The position numbers and the translations under genes are program-made. A stretch of 64,000 nt of DNA from an uncultured Actinomycetota bacterium (GTDB lineage: Bacteria > Actinomycetota > Actinomycetes > Propionibacteriales > Nocardioidaceae): positions 128,832 to 192,831 of the forward strand of contig CAVPPN010000005.1 of NCBI GenBank assembly GCA_963707425.1, given 5' to 3'. How positions within the stretch are numbered: position 1 is the first letter of the stretch; each line of letters starts with the position of its first letter. Shown piece by piece: positions 21,192-29,797 of the stretch. The notes beneath the pieces were generated by a model. That model was given only the letters and a program-made list of their open reading frames with translations, was not told the DNA's origin and did no database searches.

Positions 21192-21834
21192 ACCAGATCA
21201 ACCATCCCCACCCTGCTCTGCGACTTTCTGCGTCGCTCTGCGTCGTATCGCGTAATCAACAGGCTACGCAGATCCAGACCGGCCGCAACACTTCGCAGCA
21301 GATTGCCAAAAACAACCCCTTCGAGGTCTTGTGGCGCAAACCACACAGCCCTACTCTGGGGAAACGATTTGCAGCAGTATGACGCAGGTTGGAGCGGGAT
21401 GAAGGTTTCAATCTGGCTCACGGTGACAGCCAGTAAGCCTCCTCCCCCCTCGGACCAGACTGCGCCTGGCCGAGCTCGGCGGCCGCCTTGTCACCGACTC
21501 AGCACCCGAGGGCGGGAGGTCGGCCATGAACCCCGGAATGGACACCCAGTCAACCGTTGCCATCGTCGTCGCCACCATTGGCGCGGCGGGCACCGTGCTC
21601 GCTGCATATGTCGCGCGTTCGGGCGCGCTGCAGCACGCAACACCCCGTCGACTGACCCTGCTGCGCCCGTGGTCGGCGCGCATCAGCCGAACATTTGAAT
21701 CCATGACCGCTGGATCCCGGGTTTGGTCCCGGGCTGCTGCGTCCCGCATCGCTGGGTCCCGGACCGCCGGGCCCCGCACCGCCGGCCCCGAGGCCGCTGA
21801 GGACGCACACCAGCTACCACTTGAAGGAGGAGCG

Positions 21835-22623
21835 ATGACCCAGTACCTACCCCGCTCCGCATGGACCGAGGAACCACGAGGCGGCAAGACTCTCACCGGC
21901 GGCGAGCTCGTCGGAGTCTCCGTCCACTACCCCGCCGTCGGCGATGTCCGCCTCGCGGATGCGTCAAGGAAGCGAGTTGCCGGCCTCCTGCGGGGTTGGC
22001 GGGACTATCACGTAGATGTCCGGGGTTGGTCCGACATCGGCTACCAGGTCGCCATCGACGGCGCCGGCCGGGTGTGGGACCTACGAGGGATCGACCGGGT
22101 GCCCGCGGCGACCGCGTCGGATGCCAACCCAGACGCAAACCACGAGTGGGGGGCGTGTCTGTTCATCGTCGGCGACACCGAGAGGCCTACCGCGGCCGCG
22201 ATCGAGGCGTTCCGCGACTGGCGCGCGACCCGATGGCTCGCGAGGTGGCCGAAGGCGACGCGAATCGTCGGTCACGGCCAGGTTCCCGGAGCGCAGACCG
22301 CATGCCCAGGAAGACAACTGCTCTCGCTCATCAACGCGGGAGACCTCAACGAGGAGGAAGAAATGCCCACACCTGAAGAGATCGCAGCCGCGGTCTGGAG
22401 ACACCGGATCATGCCGAAGAGCGACCCAGACCGCGTGAAGGGGATGCTGGCGCAGGAGATGATGGCCCAGGTCCACCACCGGGCAGGGGGTGCACGCGAC
22501 GTGGCGCGTGCCATCGCCGCGGACCTCAAGGACCAGCCTCTCGACGGCATGACCCAGCCACAGGTGGAGGCGGCCGTCGAGGCGGCGGTTCGCCGCATCC
22601 TCGGCGGGCTGGACAGCCAGTAG
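21835..22623 (+). CDS. N-acetylmuramoyl-L-alanine amidase (PGRP/Amidase_2, endolysin-like)
   Basis: In ORF 21526..22623. GAAGGAGG RBS 6 nt before ATG 21835. VHYPAVG, GWSDIGYQVAIDGAGRVW, GHGQVPGAQTACPG. An in-frame alternative start at 21526 would add a TM anchor. Confidence 0.8.
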   Translation: MTQYLPRSAWTEEPRGGKTLTGGELVGVSVHYPAVGDVRLADASRKRVAGLLRGWRDYHVDVRGWSDIGYQVAIDGAGRVWDLRGIDRVPAATASDANPDANHEWGACLFIVGDTERPTAAAIEAFRDWRATRWLARWPKATRIVGHGQVPGAQTACPGRQLLSLINAGDLNEEEEMPTPEEIAAAVWRHRIMPKSDPDRVKGMLAQEMMAQVHHRAGGARDVARAIAADLKDQPLDGMTQPQVEAAVEAAVRRILGGLDSQ

Positions 22624-22659
22624 CAGTCTTTCCGCCAGGGGCCACAGGGGTGCGGCCCC

Positions 22660-22729
22660 GGGAGCACCGGCGCACGTCCAGGGACACGGTCTCTGCGCCG
22701 GTGCTCCCCCGCGTCTCTGCGCCGGTGCT
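22660..22729. promoter_or_regulatory. 15-bp perfect inverted repeat plus 17-bp direct repeat (alternative-pairing candidate)
   Basis: GGGAGCACCGGCGCA (22660-22674) is the reverse complement of TGCGCCGGTGCTCCC (22694-22708). GTCTCTGCGCCGGTGCT occurs at both 22689-22705 and 22713-22729. Confidence 0.6.
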
Positions 22730-22798
22730 TTCCTGGCGTTGCCGGAACGATGCAGGCTAGTTCGCAGTTCGCCGTGCCCTTGTCAGGCATGGGCTGCA

Positions 22799-24994
22799 AT
22801 GATTCAGGGCATGACCCCCGGACTGGACGTCGACGACCCCCGCACCTGGCGGGCCGACGCGTCCCACCTCGACGAGCTCAGTACACCTGCCGTCATCACG
22901 GACCTCGAGGGGCACATCGTCTACTGCAACGCGGCAACCGAGCGGTTGACCGGGCGACCGCGAGCGCAGCTGCTCGGCGCCGATCTCGTCCACCTCCTGG
23001 TCCCCGAGTCGCACCACGGCTCGGCCCGCGAAATCCTCTCTCAGGTGGCGTCGGGGGTCGCGTGGGCAGGTCAGATGCCGGGGCGCACCATCGAGGACGT
23101 CCAGATGTTCGAGCTGTCCGCCAGCCCCATGTGGCGCGACGGCGACGTGGCCGGCGCGCTCTTCCTGGGCGAGGGCCTCGTCTCTGAGGAGTCCGAGACC
23201 CGTCACTCAGCCCGGACCGGCGAACGGCTCGCGCGGCTCGCCCGGGTCACAGGCGAGCTGGTGATGGCTGACAACCTCGAGACCGTCACGAAGATCGTCA
23301 TCTCCCACGCCGCGGACGCAGCCGGCGCGACCGTCGCCTCCCTGATCCGCCTCGTCGACGAGGACACCCTCGTCCTGGTGGGCGTACGCGGAGCGGACCA
23401 TGAGGTCGCCACGCGCTGGGCCAGCTTCCCGGTCTCCGCTCCGACTCCCGCAGGCGACGCTGTCCGCACCCGCCGGCCGGTGTTCATCTCCGGCCGCAAC
23501 GAGATCCAGGAGCGGTACCCGGACCTCGAGACGCTCGCGCCGGGTGAGCGCTCACTGGTCAGCCTCCCTCTGAACGTGGCAGGGCGGAGCATCGGGGCGA
23601 TCGGCCTCTCGTTCCCGGGCAAGCGCAACTTCGACAGCGCCGAGCTCGAGTTCCTCGCCATCCTCGCCGACACCTGCGCCCAGGCGTTGGACCGCCTCGG
23701 TGCCGTCGAGGCCGCGTCCGACCGTGCCGCGAAGCTGAAGTTCCTGGCCGACGCGTCGGCGGAGCTGTCGAGCAGCCTCGACTACCAGGCGACTCTGAAG
23801 CGGGTCGCCTGGCTGGGCGTGCCGGCCTTCGCGGACTGGTGCTCCATCTCCCTGCTCGAGGACGGTGAGCTGCGCACGCTCGAGGTCGCTCACGTCGATC
23901 CGAACAAGGTCGCGTTCGCCCTGGAGATGGGAGAGCGGTACCCACCGGACCGGGAGGCTCCTCGGGGCGCTTATGAGGTGGTCCGTACCGGACGGAGCGA
24001 GCTGATCCCCGAGATCACAGATGAGATGCTGGTCGCCGCAACCGTGGACGAGGAGCACCTCCGCCTCGCTCGAGAGCTCAATCTCCGAAGTGCTGTCACA
24101 GCCCCGCTCACCGCGCAGGGCAGGGTGCTCGGCGTCATGTCCTGGGTCTCCGCGGACGAGGGCAGACGGTTCACGGCCGACGACCTGTCGTTCGTCGAGG
24201 ACCTCGCCCAGCGCGCCGCCGTGGCGATCGACAACTCGCACCTGCACAGCGAGACCCGTGAGGCCGCGATCAGGCTGCAGCGTGCCGTACTCCCCCAGAA
24301 TCTCGACGCTGCGCCCGGCTGGGAGTTCTCCGGCTACTACAGCCCCTCGGGCAGGACCGAGGTCGGTGGCGACTTCTACGACGCCATCCCGATCGACGGA
24401 CGGGTCGCGCTGGTTGTCGGTGACGTCATGGGGCGGGGCGTGGCCGCGGCCGCCGCCATGGCGCAGATCCGTGCCGCCGTCCGTGCCTACGTGGCCATCG
24501 ACCCGACGCCCGCGATGGTGCTGCGGAAGCTGGACACGATGTTCGCCATGTTCGACGTCGCCGACCTGGTGACGATCGTGTACATGCTCGCCGACCCCGC
24601 CACGGACGAGATCACCGTCATCAACGCAGGTCATCCCCCGCCGCTGGTCCTGCGAGCCGACCACTCGGTCGAGCAGCTGCCCGACGAGGTGGGCGCGCCA
24701 CTGGGTACCGGACCCGACGGGGCGGGCGGCACTGAAGGGCTCGAACCCGACGAGCGGACTACGACAGTGACCCGGGTGCTGCCCGGCGACACGATCCTGA
24801 TGTTCACCGACGGCTTGATCGAGCGCCGCACGGAGGACATCGACCGTGGGCAGGCCCGCCTCTTCGACGCCGCTCCCATGCTCGCGACCGGCCAGCTCGG
24901 CGTGCAGCTGGCCGCGCTGGTCGATGCCGTGCGCGACCACACCCGCGAGGACGACGTCGCCGCGCTGTGTGCCCGGCGGCTACCCCGCGCCTGA
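22799..24994 (+). CDS. PAS-GAF-GAF-PP2C (SpoIIE family) protein phosphatase
   Basis: ORF 22739..24994. PAS (VITDLEGHIVYCNAATERLTG), two GAF-like regions, PP2C block GGDFYDAIP...VVGDVMGRG...FTDGLIE. Start uncertain (22739, 22799 or 22811). Confidence 0.85.
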   Translation: MIQGMTPGLDVDDPRTWRADASHLDELSTPAVITDLEGHIVYCNAATERLTGRPRAQLLGADLVHLLVPESHHGSAREILSQVASGVAWAGQMPGRTIEDVQMFELSASPMWRDGDVAGALFLGEGLVSEESETRHSARTGERLARLARVTGELVMADNLETVTKIVISHAADAAGATVASLIRLVDEDTLVLVGVRGADHEVATRWASFPVSAPTPAGDAVRTRRPVFISGRNEIQERYPDLETLAPGERSLVSLPLNVAGRSIGAIGLSFPGKRNFDSAELEFLAILADTCAQALDRLGAVEAASDRAAKLKFLADASAELSSSLDYQATLKRVAWLGVPAFADWCSISLLEDGELRTLEVAHVDPNKVAFALEMGERYPPDREAPRGAYEVVRTGRSELIPEITDEMLVAATVDEEHLRLARELNLRSAVTAPLTAQGRVLGVMSWVSADEGRRFTADDLSFVEDLAQRAAVAIDNSHLHSETREAAIRLQRAVLPQNLDAAPGWEFSGYYSPSGRTEVGGDFYDAIPIDGRVALVVGDVMGRGVAAAAAMAQIRAAVRAYVAIDPTPAMVLRKLDTMFAMFDVADLVTIVYMLADPATDEITVINAGHPPPLVLRADHSVEQLPDEVGAPLGTGPDGAGGTEGLEPDERTTTVTRVLPGDTILMFTDGLIERRTEDIDRGQARLFDAAPMLATGQLGVQLAALVDAVRDHTREDDVAALCARRLPRA

Positions 24995-26713
24995 GCTCTC
25001 GCCCTCCGCCGATGGGTCCTCGAGACAGACGGCTGGAAGGTCGAACCAGCGCAGGTGCTCGAAGTCGGCCGAAGCCGTCGCCACCGGGGTGGCCAGGTCC
25101 GGGGGACCTGCGGCCGCGAGGATCGCGGCCCCCTCCTCCAGGTAGCGCTTGAGCTCCGACTCCGGCGCCCGGTCGTCGTGGCGGGGGTAGACCATCTCGC
25201 CGTCCGGTCCATAGCCGATCTGGCTGAGCCGGAGCGGCGGCTCGACCGGCCCCTTCCGATGCCTCCACAAGCCGTGGGCGACGTCGAAGCGGTACTCCCC
25301 CAGCAGCCTCCAGCCCTCGCGTGCCACGAGCCGGACCGCGTCGACGACGTACTCGAAAACCGCCTCGGAGATGAAGTAGTTGAAGTTGACACGCACCCAT
25401 CCCGGCTTGATGCCCTCGCAGCCATGGGTGATCTCGCGTTCGTACTCGTGGGACCGCTCGATGTCGATCCCCAGCAGCTTGTGCCCGTAAGGGCCGGCGC
25501 ACGAGCAACCGCCCCGGGACTGGATGCCGAACAGGTCGTTGAGGACTGCGACCACGAAGTTGTGGTGCAGGTGCCTGCCGCTCGGTGCGTGCACCACGAA
25601 CGAGACGATGGACAGCCTCTCGGCATGCACGTTGCCCAGCACCTCGACGGACGGCTCGTCCTGCCAGGCGTTCAGAGCACGTCGCACGTAGTGCTCCTCG
25701 TGGGCGCGGATCACGTCCAGGCCGACCGCCTCTTTCAGCTGGAACACCAGACCTGCCCGGATCGAGTCGACGATCGCCGGCGTCCCGCCCTCCTCTCGTT
25801 GCGCCAGGTCGGTGAGGTACCGGTGCTCGCTGGCGTTGACGTAGGCCACCGTTCCCCCACCCGGGACGTCCGGCACCCGGTTGGTGAGGAGCTCGCGGCG
25901 TACGACGAGCACGCCCGGTGTGCTCGGTCCGCCGATGAACTTGTGCGGGCTGAGGAAGATCGCATCCTTGTATGCCAGGGGGTCACGCCCCGACCCGGCG
26001 TACATCTCGATGTCGACGTAGGGTCCCGCGGCGGCGAAGTCCCAGAAGGACAGCGCGCCGTGACGGTGCAGCAACGCCGAGATGCCATAGGTGTCGCTGA
26101 TGATGCCGGTGACGTTGCTGGCCGCGGAGAACGAGCCGATCTTGAGCGGCCGGGCGGCATGTCTGACCAGCTCCCGTTCCAGACAGGCCAAGTCGATGTG
26201 CCCGTCGGAGTCCGAGGGGATGGACACCACGTCCGCGATCGACTCCCGCCACGGCAGCTCGTTGGAGTGGTGCTCGAACGGCCCGATGAACACCACCGGC
26301 CGCTGCTCGGGCGGGATCGCCTCGGCCAGGTGGTACCGGTCCTCGAGGGCGGAGGCGATCCTGAGCCCCAGAATGCCGATCAGCTTGTCGATCGCGCCGG
26401 TGCAGCCGGAGCCGGCGAAGATGACCACCGTCTCCTCGTCGCCGCCGACGGCGTCCCGGATGATCGCACGGGCGTCCTCGCGCAGCCGGGTGGTCTGCAG
26501 GCCAGTGCCACTCGACTCCGTGTGCGTGTTCGCGTAGCGCGGCAGGACCTCGCAGCGGATGAAGTCCTCGATGAAACCGAGCGCCCTCCCCGACGCGGTG
26601 TAGTCGGCGTACGTCACCCGCCGGGGCCCGAACGGTCCGACCATCACCTGGTCGTCACCGATCACCGAGTCCCTGACCACCCGCAGCAACGGCGTCTCGA
26701 CGGGTCCAACCAT
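24980..26713 (-). CDS. class V-fold PLP-dependent aminotransferase/desulfurase-like enzyme (long form)
   Basis: Within ORF 24980..26806. YADYTASGR...YANTHTE...SGCTGAI...SPHKFIGGP (PLP Lys). ATG 26713 preferred. Confidence 0.8.
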   Translation of the reverse strand: MVGPVETPLLRVVRDSVIGDDQVMVGPFGPRRVTYADYTASGRALGFIEDFIRCEVLPRYANTHTESSGTGLQTTRLREDARAIIRDAVGGDEETVVIFAGSGCTGAIDKLIGILGLRIASALEDRYHLAEAIPPEQRPVVFIGPFEHHSNELPWRESIADVVSIPSDSDGHIDLACLERELVRHAARPLKIGSFSAASNVTGIISDTYGISALLHRHGALSFWDFAAAGPYVDIEMYAGSGRDPLAYKDAIFLSPHKFIGGPSTPGVLVVRRELLTNRVPDVPGGGTVAYVNASEHRYLTDLAQREEGGTPAIVDSIRAGLVFQLKEAVGLDVIRAHEEHYVRRALNAWQDEPSVEVLGNVHAERLSIVSFVVHAPSGRHLHHNFVVAVLNDLFGIQSRGGCSCAGPYGHKLLGIDIERSHEYEREITHGCEGIKPGWVRVNFNYFISEAVFEYVVDAVRLVAREGWRLLGEYRFDVAHGLWRHRKGPVEPPLRLSQIGYGPDGEMVYPRHDDRAPESELKRYLEEGAAILAAAGPPDLATPVATASADFEHLRWFDLPAVCLEDPSAEGESSGAG

Positions 26714-26835
26714 GTTCACTTCAGCAGCATATGCCTTCCGATACCCCGGCAGGTATGGGACGAAAGACCCTGGCACCGGACCTCCCCGGCTGGTCATCCT
26801 GGCCACATCTGACCGAACTCCGCGAGGAGCACAGC

Positions 26836-27984
26836 ATGACCAGTCGTGTGGTCACTCCGCGTCCCGCCACGTCCCCGGCCCTCCCGGACTGGCGGCGGGT
26901 ACTCGCGGTGGTGGCCCACCCCGACGACGAGTCGTTCGGACTGGGAGCGGTCCTGCACGCGTTCGCCGCCCAGGGGGCCGACGTGGCGATCCTGTGCCTC
27001 ACGCACGGAGAGTCATCGGCGCACGGCGGCACGAGCGACCTGGGGACGATCAGGAGCGAGGAGCTCCAGTCGGCCGCCCGAGCGCTCGGCGCGACCCGGG
27101 CCACACTGCTGCACCACCCCGACGGCGCCCTGTCCGTCGTACGCCGGCACCTGCTCGCCGACGACGTGATCGACGAGATCGGAGTGACGCGTCCCGACGG
27201 GCTGGTCGTCTTCGACAGCAGTGGCGTGACGGGGCACCCGGACCATGCCGCGGCCACGTCGGCCGCCCTGCTGGCCGCCGCGGTGCTCGAGCTTCCCGTC
27301 CTCGCCTGGACGCTTCCGCAGAGCCTGGCAGCCCAGCTCAACGAGGAGCTCGGAACGTCGTTCTCCGGCACATCGCCCGAGGGGATCCAGCTCGAGGTCG
27401 TGGTGCATCGGGACCGCCAGCTCGCCGCCTGCCGGGAACACCGGACACAGGCAGTGCCCTCGAGCCCGCTGTGGCGCCGCCTCGAGATGCAAGGCGACAT
27501 CGAACGGCTCCGATGGCTCCGCAGGCCCACCACGGTGAGCGCCGCGGTGCCGCCCGTCCCTCGGGCCTTGCCCGCGAACGAGAAGATCGCGCAGACACGG
27601 CACCTTGGACACGACAGGTTCGAGGTGCTCATCCGGGGGCACACGATCAATGTCGACCAGCCAGCGGCTCTCGGCGGCGACGACACGGCCCCCACCCCCA
27701 CGGAGCTCTTCGTCGCCAGCCTGGCCGCGTGCGTCGCGTTCTACGCTCGGCGCTACCTCGCCCGCCACGGTCTGCCGACTGACGGGTTCGGCGTGGAAGT
27801 CGAGTACGAGCTCGGGGAGCATCCGTCGCGGGTCGCGGCAGCGGACATCCGGATCCACCTTCCCAGCGACTTCCCCGAGGACCGGCGGGAGCCACTGCTC
27901 GCGGTCGCGGCCCACTGCACGGTCCACAACACGTTGACGCAATTGGCCGACGTGTCCATGAGCCTGGCACCGCCGGTCAGCTGA
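26836..27984 (+). CDS. PIG-L family deacetylase fused to C-terminal OsmC-family domain
   Basis: Within ORF 26731..27984. VLAVVAHPDDESFGLG and GHPDH (PIG-L). C-terminal ELFVASLAACVAFY...AVAAHCTVHNTL (OsmC two-Cys pattern). Single continuous frame. Confidence 0.8.
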   Translation: MTSRVVTPRPATSPALPDWRRVLAVVAHPDDESFGLGAVLHAFAAQGADVAILCLTHGESSAHGGTSDLGTIRSEELQSAARALGATRATLLHHPDGALSVVRRHLLADDVIDEIGVTRPDGLVVFDSSGVTGHPDHAAATSAALLAAAVLELPVLAWTLPQSLAAQLNEELGTSFSGTSPEGIQLEVVVHRDRQLAACREHRTQAVPSSPLWRRLEMQGDIERLRWLRRPTTVSAAVPPVPRALPANEKIAQTRHLGHDRFEVLIRGHTINVDQPAALGGDDTAPTPTELFVASLAACVAFYARRYLARHGLPTDGFGVEVEYELGEHPSRVAAADIRIHLPSDFPEDRREPLLAVAAHCTVHNTLTQLADVSMSLAPPVS

Positions 27985-28443
27985 GCTCGCTGAACCGTTC
28001 CACGTCGGACTGGGGTCCCGAGACGATGATCAGGTCGCCACGCTGTACGACGGTCTCCGGCGTCGCGTGCGTGAAGTCCTCCCCCTTCCGCTTCACGCCG
28101 ACGATCGTGACGCCGTACTTCGAGCGAACCCGTGAGTCGCCCAGCGGCCGGTCCTCGATGCTGCGCGGAGGCCGCGTCTTGACGATCGCGTAGCCGTCGT
28201 CGAACTCGATGTAGTCGAGCATCCTGCCGCGCACGAGATGGGCCACCCGCTGCCCCATGTCGTGCTCGGGACGCACCACGTGGTGGCGTGGGTCACCCGT
28301 CCGGCGAGTGACTGCACGACCTTCGGGTCGGCATCGATGCCGAGGACCTCGGTGCCCTCGTCGGCCAGCTCGAGCGCGAGCGACTTGCCGAACCTGCCCA
28401 TGCCGATCACGACGACGCCGGGGTTGCTGTCCTGCCTAGCCAA
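27977..28443 (-). pseudogene. trkA: trkA (K+ uptake RCK/NAD-binding subunit) with internal deletion and frameshift
   Basis: ORF 28093..28443 gives VVVIGMGRFGKSLALELADEGTEVLGIDADPKVVQSLAGRVTHA, then nonsense. ORF 27977..28279 in another frame gives (HH)VVRPEHDMGQRVAHLV...TrkA_C. The junction near 28285-28295 lacks ~70 aa of the Rossmann domain. Confidence 0.75.
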
Positions 28444-29740
28444 TGATCGGCCGTCCGTCCGGGAGTATGTAGCGCCGCTGCCGCTCTCGTAGCGCCAGCG
28501 GCGGAGACCAGGGTGACTGGCCCCAGCCTGCCGATGAACATCAGGGCCACCAGGGTGAGCTGTCCCACCGGTGGCAGATCCGCGGTGATGCCCGTCGAGA
28601 GGCCCACCGTCGCGAACGCGGAGATGGTCTCGAAGAGCACCTGGCTGGTGGGGAACCGGGAGACCTCCAGGAGCAGCACGGTGGCCACGGCGATGACGCC
28701 GATGGACAGTAGCGCGACGGTCAGCGCCTGACGCTGCACCCGGTCACCGATGCGGCGGTCGGCGGCGTTGACGTGCTGCTCGCCACGGACCTCCGCGTAG
28801 ATCACGAAGAAAAGCAGGATGAACGTGGTGACCTTGATCCCGCCGGCGGTGCCCGCAGACCCACCTCCGATGAACATCAAGATGTCCGTGCCGAGCAAGG
28901 TCCCGTCCTTCATCTGTCCGTAGTCGAGGCTGTTGAAGCCCCCCGTACGCGGCGTCACCGACTGGAAGAAGCCGGCGAGCAGGCGGCCGGGCGGGTCCAG
29001 CGCCCCCAGGGTGCCCGGGTTTGCCCACTCGCTCGCGGTGACGAAGAGGGTCCCGCCGATGAGCAGGACCAGGGTCATCCCCACCGTGAGCCTCGTGTGC
29101 AGGCTCCAACGCGCCGGGGCCGCCTCAGCTCGCGGCGTAGTTCGAACATCTCGGGGAAGCCGAGGCCGCCGAAAATCACCGCGACCGCGATCGGCAGGCA
29201 GATCCAGGGGTCGGAGGCGAAGCCGACGAGGTTGTCGGAGTACAACGCGAAGCCCGCGTTGTTGAATGCAGACACCGCATGGAACACGCCGAGATAGGTG
29301 GCCCGACCGAGCGGCTCGCCGTACCCGAGGAGGAACCTGCCGGCCAGCAGGATCGCGGTGATCGTCTCGAACAGCAGGCTCACCTTCGCGACCCCGAGCA
29401 GCACCGCCCGCACGTCGCCGATCCCCAGGCTCTTGGTCTCCGCCGCTGCGGTCAGTCGCGACCGGAGGCCCATCCTGCGGGAGACGAGGAGGCCGAGCAG
29501 GGACGCAAGGGTGATGATCCCGAACCCGCCGGCCTGGATCAGCCCCAGGATCACCGCCTGTCCGAACCCCGACCAGTACGTCGGGGTGTCCACGACCGCC
29601 AGCCCAGTCACGCACACCGCGCTGGTCGAGGTGAACAACGCCGCCAGCATCGGGGCATTGCCCCCGTCTCCGGCCCTCGAGACGGGAAGCATCAACAGCA
29701 CGGTCCCGACGACCACGGCGTCGGCGAAGCCCGCCACCAC
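28436..29740 (-). pseudogene. trkH: trkH (K+ transporter membrane subunit) with two frameshifts
   Basis: N-terminal third in frame of ORF 29075..29740 (to ...FELRRELRRPRR). Middle in frame of ORF 28407..29783 (WSLHTRL...GGSAGTAGGIKVTTF...ATVGLSTGIT...MFIGRLGPVTLVSA). The last 20 aa (LALRERQRRYILPDGRPIIG-stop at 28436) are back in the first frame. Shifts near 29110 and 28494. Confidence 0.75.
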
Positions 29741-29797
29741 CGCCTGCCCCGGTGCCGGAAGATGCCTCCCGTGGTGCGGCCACTGCCTACGCCCACG

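Noticed and set aside
20400-22730. Calling the islet a prophage or mobile element.
   Set aside because: No integrase, recombinase, flanking direct repeats or structural phage genes are visible. Only a regulator, a membrane protein and an amidase are present.
28436-29783. The trkH frame changes as programmed recoding.
   Set aside because: There are two shifts of opposite sign at non-slippery sites, plus an independent deletion in trkA. Gene decay or sequence errors fit better than recoding.
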